From a virus (lineage: Duplodnaviria; Caudoviricetes), in IMG/VR virus record IMGVR_UViG_3300029258_002308, positions 1 to 52,636 of that record: DNA of 52,636 nucleotides; one strand, given 5' to 3'. How positions within the stretch are numbered: position 1 is the first letter of the stretch; each line of letters begins with the position of its first letter. Made by a program: the position numbers and the translations under genes. This document shows, in pieces, positions 36,868-52,636 of the stretch. Under the pieces are notes generated by a model. That model was not told where the DNA came from and made no database searches. It saw only the letters and a program-made list of their open reading frames with translations.

Positions 36868-37073
36868 GCCTGAGGATTCCATTTCTCGCCCGTAAGTTTG
36901 TTCCAGAAACCATCAAAGACGTATCTTAGTCCAAATTCGGTGGCTTCCAGATTATAGTGATATTCCCACTTCGGATCGTCCCTGGCGGGGATCTTCTTTA
37001 CTTTGTAGGTTACTTCGGTTTCAGCCCCATCTACGGGCCCACCGCCAGTGAAATAAGTCAATTCAGCTTCCAT
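36864..37073 (-). CDS. Small hypothetical protein
   Basis: 69-aa ORF. Confidence 0.5.
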   Translation of the reverse strand: MEAELTYFTGGGPVDGAETEVTYKVKKIPARDDPKWEYHYNLEATEFGLRYVFDGFWNKLTGEKWNPQA

Positions 37074-37085
37074 GCCTTAAAAGAG

Positions 37086-37748
37086 TCACTCGGTTCTTAA
37101 ATTTTGGTTTCTTATCTTCTTTTTTAGCTGCTCGATTTTTTGCTCAGTGTAGACTTCAAAGTCCCATCCTCGTACTTTGCAGGCATCTTCCGTGAAAAAC
37201 CACTTGTCTTTGTTTTTCCTTAGGCCGGTTTGGTTTGCCGGTTTTACCTCCCATACTTCATTGTGGCCATCTTCGAATGTAACAAAGATGTCTGGGGTGT
37301 ATTTGTGTACTTGCCCCTTGTTAATGTAGTCAATTTGGAAGGGCTCCACGTCATAAGCCCTAACCGTTTTGTCTTCGTCCAATAACTCAAAAACTGTCTT
37401 TTCCCAACCCGAACGATACTGAAAATACTTATTCATCTTGGTTGAAAGGTGCTTCCCCTGCCGAAATTTGGGTTTCCTAGTCTTTTTGCCGCCGAAATCC
37501 TTCCAAATTGTAGTTCTCATGGGACCGTTGTAATTTTTCAGACTTTCGGTCGGATGTCGAACTTTGAAGTGCATCTTCATATCGCGAACAGGAGCCCCAC
37601 ATCTTTTTAGAGGACAAACAATGTATTCACGGCCTTCTTCATGCTTGTCTAGGATGTGTGCTTTGTACTCCAGATAGTCCGTAAACTGCACTCCGCAAAC
37701 GAAACACTGCCACTTTCTTTGATGTTTGTCGGGTATGTCAAATTGCAT
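37086..37748 (-). CDS. TnsA-like / T4 gp4-like endonuclease with two C2H2-like zinc fingers
   Basis: 'CFVC..H..H', 'CPLKRC..H..H'; 'YRSGWE..EPFQIDY..YTPDIFV..EVWEVKP'. Confidence 0.75.
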   Translation of the reverse strand: MQFDIPDKHQRKWQCFVCGVQFTDYLEYKAHILDKHEEGREYIVCPLKRCGAPVRDMKMHFKVRHPTESLKNYNGPMRTTIWKDFGGKKTRKPKFRQGKHLSTKMNKYFQYRSGWEKTVFELLDEDKTVRAYDVEPFQIDYINKGQVHKYTPDIFVTFEDGHNEVWEVKPANQTGLRKNKDKWFFTEDACKVRGWDFEVYTEQKIEQLKKKIRNQNLRTE

Positions 37749-38964
37749 TAGAATGTCTCATTGTTCTTATCAAAGATTTCTTTCCTTTGAAGGTAACATT
37801 CTGGGAATTAAGTTCTGATGTTGGTTTTGGCGGTAAAAGCTTTTGTGCCAATGTAGACAGGTTTTCAGGAAGTTGTTGAGCCAAGATTTTTATTTCCCTT
37901 GTCAAAGCATTTAACCTATTCTTGGTTGTTTCCATGTCTGAGGATACACTAGACCAACCCATCTCACGCATAACTTCCAGAGGTTGTGTAGAATCTATAG
38001 TGCTGCCTGGATAAAAGGCACTTAAATCTGCTCTTTCAATAAGATCAGAAGGCAAAGTTTTCATTCTTTGCAGTTGTAAACCAAGTAATCTATCTATTTC
38101 ATCTACATTAGCAAGAATTTTTGTCAAGGCAAATGTAGTCAACCCCCCAGATTGTTTCAGTAATGTTTCTTTGGTGCGATTTAGTGTGTTTTTGTAAGAT
38201 AGAGCTTTTTTTTGGTTCCAAGCAAAAGTGCATTGCCTCAATGAATTACCTAAAGCAAAATGGCAAACTAAAAAATGAGCCTCTCTTTCTTCCCGAGGTC
38301 CTTTTTGTGCCAATTCATTCAATGATCTTATCAACATGGCTTTTTCTTCTCGGGCCATTATTTCGGTATCTGGCATTTTGTAAGGAAGGCGACCTTGTAA
38401 CGATTTGCCAGCGGGAAAAGCAGACGGCTTGGGTTGTTTAAAAGGTCGATACATTCCCTTTCTCCCAGTTAAACCCCCAGGATCTTGTCCTTTAATCAAA
38501 CTAGGGATGTTTACATCATGATGTCTTTTGGATAACAAGGCTTTGCTTTTTAAAGGCACCAGGATCGATAAATAAGCTCCCAGATTGTTAATGGAGCGAT
38601 CTGTTTGTGTGAGAACCCTGTAAACATAACTAAAAATTTCTTGCGTAATATCATCTGCCAAAGAATCATCTTTAGTGCGTTTATAAGCTGTTCGAAACAC
38701 ACGATCTCTTAATCCAACCAGCGTATTTTCGGCATCATGCAATTTATTGCGAAGCTCTTCTTTGTTTAAACCTGCCTCTTTAGCCTCTTCAGGCAATCGA
38801 TTCCACCGATTCATTTGAGCATTCCACTGAATGATTTGCCCTGCTCTTGTTACGTCTTCTCCTTCGCACAGCATCAATCCTTCAAGAAAAATCAGATTCC
38901 ACACATGGTTGTGAATCTCTTCTATTAGTTCTGTTTCTTTTAGCCATTCTTTGAAAAGCATCAT
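37738..38964 (-). CDS. ECF sigma-factor-like protein with N-terminal FKEWL motif
   Basis: 'VFRTAYKRTKDDSLADDITQEIFSYVYR' (region 2-like), 'REEKAMLIRSLNEL' (region 4 lead-in). Confidence 0.5.
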   Translation of the reverse strand: MMLFKEWLKETELIEEIHNHVWNLIFLEGLMLCEGEDVTRAGQIIQWNAQMNRWNRLPEEAKEAGLNKEELRNKLHDAENTLVGLRDRVFRTAYKRTKDDSLADDITQEIFSYVYRVLTQTDRSINNLGAYLSILVPLKSKALLSKRHHDVNIPSLIKGQDPGGLTGRKGMYRPFKQPKPSAFPAGKSLQGRLPYKMPDTEIMAREEKAMLIRSLNELAQKGPREEREAHFLVCHFALGNSLRQCTFAWNQKKALSYKNTLNRTKETLLKQSGGLTTFALTKILANVDEIDRLLGLQLQRMKTLPSDLIERADLSAFYPGSTIDSTQPLEVMREMGWSSVSSDMETTKNRLNALTREIKILAQQLPENLSTLAQKLLPPKPTSELNSQNVTFKGKKSLIRTMRHSNAI

Positions 38965-39395
38965 TTCTCGTCCAATTTATCAATACCAGTGGGAGCATCA
39001 GGAGCATCGGGATCATCGTCATCCACGCCCAGATCAGCGGGTTCTCCGTTGCCAGCTAGTTTCTTTTTTACTTCTTCCTCGTCAATGATTTTCATATTCT
39101 TCACATCCTTGTAACCGAAGACCCTTTGGACCTTCTGGCCTTCCATTGCTTTTTTAAGGTCAAATGCGATGAAATTGGCCTCATCGAGCCAGCCTTTGCT
39201 GGTATCTTCATCGGGATTCTTCATTCTTGCAAAGGTTACCCTGCCGGATTCAGGAGTGCCAAAGATGGTCCCGTCTTTTCTAAAAAATAGGACGAGATCG
39301 TTGTTTTCTATCAGCGAATTGATCTTAACAGAGGACTCCGATTCGTCCCATCGATCCATCAATTCACGGAACTGCGAGAATGCTGGTGACTTCAT
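38961..39395 (-). CDS. Hypothetical protein
   Basis: GAGGT SD; 144 aa. Confidence 0.7.
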   Translation of the reverse strand: MKSPAFSQFRELMDRWDESESSVKINSLIENNDLVLFFRKDGTIFGTPESGRVTFARMKNPDEDTSKGWLDEANFIAFDLKKAMEGQKVQRVFGYKDVKNMKIIDEEEVKKKLAGNGEPADLGVDDDDPDAPDAPTGIDKLDEK

Positions 39396-39422
39396 TTTTT
39401 ACCTCTAAACCTATATACCTAT

Positions 39423-39866
39423 ATGGAACCCATATCGTTCAGATTATTTATGGAACTAGAGGACAGCAAAGTTAATATGTTTACACAACTTGCTGATGAT
39501 TTAGGTGTCGATCCAAAAGCATTTGTTGGCCTCCCACAACCCGCTTCATTCTTTAAGTTGGGTGATATCTATAACCTTGGCATGTACAAAATCGTAGGTA
39601 TTGAAACCGATGATGAAGGACATCCAACTCATTGCAAAGTTCAACTTATTAACCATTTGAAAATGCCTAGAAAACGATATAAGGTGCAACGAGGAACAGT
39701 GATAAGGGTTCCTGACGATGAAGAGGAAGCAGATGATAAAATCAGATTGATTCCTGTGGATCAAGTACAAAATCTCATCGTCCAAGCTCTACAACAACAG
39801 CAACAACCTGAGATGGGAGGATTGCCAGGAGGCGAGATGCCCGGAATGGGAATGGGAATGATGTGA
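39423..39866 (+). CDS. Hypothetical protein with Gly/Met-rich tail
   Basis: Preceded by CTATATA; 'ISFRLFMELE'. Confidence 0.7.
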   Translation: MEPISFRLFMELEDSKVNMFTQLADDLGVDPKAFVGLPQPASFFKLGDIYNLGMYKIVGIETDDEGHPTHCKVQLINHLKMPRKRYKVQRGTVIRVPDDEEEADDKIRLIPVDQVQNLIVQALQQQQQPEMGGLPGGEMPGMGMGMM

Positions 39867-40036
39867 TGGATTTCAAAGAGTGGCTAAAAATTCAAGAAGC
39901 TGGCACTAATACAGCCTGTATTGCGGTTTTTGCTCGTCCCGCACTTCCAGGTCCCGTAAGAAGAGTCTTTGCTTCGCATTGGGGGAAAGAGGACCCGTTT
40001 TTCAAGAAGAGGAAAAGAAAAAGAGGGAACAAATGA
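39866..40036 (+). CDS. Small basic protein MDFKEWLKIQEA... (56 aa, not in the ORF track)
   Basis: TGATG and ATGA overlaps on both sides. Confidence 0.65.
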   Translation: MDFKEWLKIQEAGTNTACIAVFARPALPGPVRRVFASHWGKEDPFFKKRKRKRGNK

Positions 40037-40836
40037 AATTTGAAGAATATTGTTTCAAGAAAGAAGTCAATGAAATGGCTGTCCAATTGGCCGAAGAAGG
40101 AGAAGATGGAACCTTCTTGATGGAGTGGTTGATTTTTCACTATCCAGAAAGAGCCCAAAAGATGAAGCTGATGGAGGCGGTTCCAATGCTTGGAGCCGGT
40201 TATCAAGTGAAAGGAGACCCAGAAATGCGGGTCGTAGAACCAGAACCGAAACCACAAATGACCAGTGCGGTTAGGAACCTAGACAAAATCATGGGTTTTT
40301 TCAACCGACTCAAAGATGTTATCGATCAAGAATACGAAGATGCCATCAGCAGGGGTGATCTTCAACATCGATGGGGAGAACTTTGGGGATCTGATAGAGA
40401 ATTAAGGCAATACATCGAAGACAACTTGAATGAATTAGGTTCGTATTTCGGAACAAAGGATATAGATAGTATTTTGAAGCAAACTCCCCGAGTCGCCTCC
40501 AGAAAAAACGTTCTGACGGTCAAAGAACGCAAAGATCCTTCACTTCAAAGCTTTGTGCCCGTTCTCCAAGGTCTTATTCAGGCATACGATAGGGCCAAAA
40601 AACAAAAAACCGCAGGCAGAGAACAAACAGGAATGGAAGCTCACTATAACGGACTGAAAGACGCTGTCGAAAGATTGAAACAAGATGTTGCCTATTTTCG
40701 AGAACTCTTTTCCGCACACACAGAAGGATGGAGAGTTCCTGCAAAGGCTTTTAGAAACTTGAAAGTTCAATATGTCCCTGAAGGGGGCATCAAACAACGA
40801 CATCCATCACCTGAATATAAAACCAGACGCATATAA
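40033..40836 (+). CDS. Hypothetical protein
   Basis: Start re-called at ATG 40033 (MKFEEY..EMA). Confidence 0.7.
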   Translation: MKFEEYCFKKEVNEMAVQLAEEGEDGTFLMEWLIFHYPERAQKMKLMEAVPMLGAGYQVKGDPEMRVVEPEPKPQMTSAVRNLDKIMGFFNRLKDVIDQEYEDAISRGDLQHRWGELWGSDRELRQYIEDNLNELGSYFGTKDIDSILKQTPRVASRKNVLTVKERKDPSLQSFVPVLQGLIQAYDRAKKQKTAGREQTGMEAHYNGLKDAVERLKQDVAYFRELFSAHTEGWRVPAKAFRNLKVQYVPEGGIKQRHPSPEYKTRRI

Positions 40837-40840
40837 GAAA

Positions 40841-40871
40841 GACCCTTCCCCGGCTTCGCCGGGGAAGGGTC
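40841..40871. terminator. Hairpin terminator between convergent genes
   Basis: GACCCTTCCCCGGC-ttc-GCCGGGGAAGGGTC, 14-bp stem. Confidence 0.75.
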
Positions 40872-40895
40872 CTATAAAGGGTTTCCTGTGAGTGC

Positions 40896-41369
40896 TTAGA
40901 GTGGGATAACAGGGAACCCGTCTTGTTTGAGTTTTCGATAAAAGCAATTCGGGGAACAAAACGTCGAGTAATTTAAGACTCCTGCATACAAGAAAGCTGC
41001 TATACAAATCTCGGAACAATACCAATCTTCATCTTTTTGTTTTACAAAGGGTAATACAAACTGAATAATTCCACACCAATCGTAGTTTGCATTTTCTGCG
41101 GCTTTGACATCGCACCACTCTTTCATTTGATGCTCTTGTTTTTGGGTTGTGGACACTTCTACACAAACCCAATTTTTGGGAATAATGTGAATTTTCTTAT
41201 ATCTTACCCCTACTCCATCGTCTCTCCAAGAAGACGAAAAGCAAATTCCATCTGAAAACAGGAGTTCGGTATGGCTATATGGACCAAAAGTCCAAATGGA
41301 GATCACCTTATCTTTGAAATCTCCCGCCTCCCATGCTTTGTAAAACATTACTTTCATTTTACTCTTCAT
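40896..41369 (-). CDS. Permuted papain-like amidase (YiiX/YaeF-like)
   Basis: 'YSHTEL', 'YD', 'WYCSE', 'SP'. Confidence 0.7.
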   Translation of the reverse strand: MKSKMKVMFYKAWEAGDFKDKVISIWTFGPYSHTELLFSDGICFSSSWRDDGVGVRYKKIHIIPKNWVCVEVSTTQKQEHQMKEWCDVKAAENANYDWCGIIQFVLPFVKQKDEDWYCSEICIAAFLYAGVLNYSTFCSPNCFYRKLKQDGFPVIPL

Positions 41370-42372
41370 CTTTCATTAAGCAATATAATGTAGTTGTTGC
41401 CCAAGTTCCCGTATGTTCTTTGGCAGTACAAACACGAATTTCTACACCTAGAGAATCTTTAATGTTTTTCATTGTGTTGTATTTGAATGGAAATATGACA
41501 ACATCTTTGTCAAATACTCTGAGACTTTCAGCGGTGAAACTAGGAATCACTGGATAACTACCTGTTGTTTCATACAGCAAATCACTCATAGTTTTATACC
41601 GCATTTCACCAATCTTAATTTTATTTGGCAAATCAGAGGGGTTATATGCCCAAGTCTCATATACAATATCAGCAGTGAAAGCACAATCTTTTGTAAATTG
41701 TGCTTCCGCATACATAAGTCTTAATTCTTTATTTGATGGTGGTGCCACCGTCCAGGTAAGTGTGGACGGGGCTTTTGAGAACGAAGCCCTTACTCTGTCC
41801 CCATTACTCAAAGCAGAATTAAAAGTAACTGTTCCATTTGTGTAGTCTACATCATAATCGCCCGTGGATGTATCTCCGAATGTATTTTGGGTTTTTTCAT
41901 CCCAAGTTTCTCCATCATCTTCGCTAGCTTCAACGACCATGCCCAGCGTTGGAGTGGCTGTAATTAAATCATTTTCAGCAAACATTTTACCATGATATAA
42001 ATCAATCCAGGGACCGGGATGTGTGCCATCTGTATTCCAAGTTGTCAAATCACCAGAATCCGTTAATTCAAATTCTGATACTGTTGTTGCATTAGGATAC
42101 CAAGATGTTTTATCGCAAAAATTGGGACAATAGTAATTTTGAGCATTGCCTTCTCTGGGTTGTTCAACTACTTCGATATACCCATCAGAGCTTGTGCTAA
42201 CACCAGATAATTCAACTGCCTCTTCTCCAAGAGTTTGCACAATAGAAATGGATTCTGTGTCTATTGTGTGATCGTCATTATTGGGGCATTTTGTTGGTGT
42301 TGTCTCTGCCCATGTATACACATTGGCTTCCTCTGTTTCACAGTAAATTTCGTATTTATAAACTGCTGGCAT
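41359..42372 (-). CDS. Putative virion structural protein
   Basis: Thr/Asp-rich beta protein, 'DYDVDYTNGTVTF'; N-terminal C-x-TE...P-T-x-CPN..H motif. Confidence 0.55.
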   Translation of the reverse strand: MPAVYKYEIYCETEEANVYTWAETTPTKCPNNDDHTIDTESISIVQTLGEEAVELSGVSTSSDGYIEVVEQPREGNAQNYYCPNFCDKTSWYPNATTVSEFELTDSGDLTTWNTDGTHPGPWIDLYHGKMFAENDLITATPTLGMVVEASEDDGETWDEKTQNTFGDTSTGDYDVDYTNGTVTFNSALSNGDRVRASFSKAPSTLTWTVAPPSNKELRLMYAEAQFTKDCAFTADIVYETWAYNPSDLPNKIKIGEMRYKTMSDLLYETTGSYPVIPSFTAESLRVFDKDVVIFPFKYNTMKNIKDSLGVEIRVCTAKEHTGTWATTTLYCLMKDEE

Positions 42373-42381
42373 AATTTTCTC

Positions 42382-42915
42382 CTATTCGCAACTACAGTAA
42401 CCGAGTCCGGTACTATAGACATAAGAATCGCTATCACTATTAGAACTTAATTTGACTTGAATTTGTAAAATAGCCGAACTTGTTGGTACATTCTCCAAAG
42501 TCTGATCCATAACAGTCTGGACGTTTTCTGTTGTCCATGTTGTCTGTCCTAATATATTGTTGTTTGTCATGTCTCTTAATCGGATATATGCAGTTCCCGT
42601 TGTGCCTGCTCTTGCTACTACGGCACTAAAACTACTAATTGGATGCATATCCCATCCCACATACATAAATTTAGCAATAGTTACCCAAGCGTCTTTGTCT
42701 ATTTTTCTATATGGTTTTCTATTTGATTCAACAAAATTGATATAACAATATGGATCGCCCTCTTCTTTTCCAGTTTGGATAACGGTAATTGAATCAGTAT
42801 CTATCGAATGTTCAGAATCATTCGGACATTCTGTAGGTTCGGTGGTTGTCCAAGATGTGTAAACATAAGTTTGTTCGGTTTCACACCAAATTCTAAAAAT
42901 ATATTTATCAGCCAT
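42382..42915 (-). CDS. Putative virion/fibre-associated protein
   Basis: Shares its N-terminal motif with 41359-42372 and its C-terminal domain with 42924-43565. Confidence 0.55.
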   Translation of the reverse strand: MADKYIFRIWCETEQTYVYTSWTTTEPTECPNDSEHSIDTDSITVIQTGKEEGDPYCYINFVESNRKPYRKIDKDAWVTIAKFMYVGWDMHPISSFSAVVARAGTTGTAYIRLRDMTNNNILGQTTWTTENVQTVMDQTLENVPTSSAILQIQVKLSSNSDSDSYVYSTGLGYCSCE

Positions 42916-42923
42916 ACTTTACC

Positions 42924-43565
42924 TCATTTAATTTGGCAAGACCAAAGTCTTGGTTTTCCGCCTACGATTTTCCTCATTTGTATTTCAAATACAACATTGC
43001 TCGCTGGCACATTAGAAAAAGTATCTATCTCTATATGTTGATTAGCATTTGTCCAATTAGCTGTGCCTATTGTCTGGTTGTTCGTTACGTCCTGTATTCT
43101 CATTGCACCTTCACCTGCTGCACTTAAAGAAACTACACTCCACAATGTTGTAATTGGATAAGTGTTGTTTCCTTCAAATGCCATTGCAGCGAGTGTTGTC
43201 CAACTGGTTGTGTTTACTTCACTATACGGTTGAGATTGATTGTGCTGTGTTATTACGCAGCCACCAACAATTCCGCCACCCAAACTAGCCCAATTTAAAG
43301 TGTCTAAAGCTGATAAAGCGTCTTCTACATTTGTTACTCCTGATAAGATATTAGTAAAAGGCCCGCTCGCAAGAAGGTTCACAGCTAATCTTAAATTTAT
43401 CCAATTAGTTGTTTCTCCATCATCTGTTTTTACCCAATATGAATTATCTGATATATTCCAAGCTATAGAAGTTTTTAATCCAACTGTAGCCACAGAACTA
43501 GGGTCATGGTCTAAAGTATGGCAATAAGTTCCGTTGCCTAAATCTGTTGTTCCCAATATTGCCAT
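42924..43565 (-). CDS. Putative virion/fibre-associated protein
   Basis: 'TNVEDALSAL'; C-terminal 'RIQDVTNN..SNVP..FEIQ'. Confidence 0.55.
   Translation of the reverse strand: MAILGTTDLGNGTYCHTLDHDPSSVATVGLKTSIAWNISDNSYWVKTDDGETTNWINLRLAVNLLASGPFTNILSGVTNVEDALSALDTLNWASLGGGIVGGCVITQHNQSQPYSEVNTTSWTTLAAMAFEGNNTYPITTLWSVVSLSAAGEGAMRIQDVTNNQTIGTANWTNANQHIEIDTFSNVPASNVVFEIQMRKIVGGKPRLWSCQIK

Positions 43566-52636
<9,071 letters not shown>

Overview
This window looks like part of a large (jumbo/huge) T4-like bacteriophage genome in the standard genetic code; the host cannot be determined from the sequence. From left to right it holds: (1) an IS607-family element whose tnpA and tnpB are separated by two translationally coupled cargo genes, one a LAGLIDADG endonuclease; (2) a replication/transcription block (short family-A DNA polymerase, region-2-only sigma-like protein, gp41/DnaB helicase, UvsY-like); (3) a sulfotransferase, four glycosyltransferases and two methyltransferase-like genes; (4) a structured 420-nt gap; (5) short, diverged paralogues of virion proteins away from any head/tail module (gp23-like capsid, two stand-alone portal clip-like domains, gp19-like tail tube); (6) gp32-like SSB, RecA/UvsX, NaeI-like nuclease, Hel308/Ski2-like helicase, a dNMP kinase-HNH-cupin fusion, ATP-grasp, macrodomain and DUF1152; (7) several proteins with an N-terminal F-x-x-W/F-L..E motif resembling the T4 capsid-targeting sequence, one an ECF-sigma-like protein; (8) about 9 kb of Gly-X-Thr collagen-like fibre genes running off the right edge. 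All family calls come from motif recognition by eye, with no database searches. Several frameshifts may be assembly indels. The strongest candidate for a new system is the cluster of miniature capsid/portal/tail-tube mimics.
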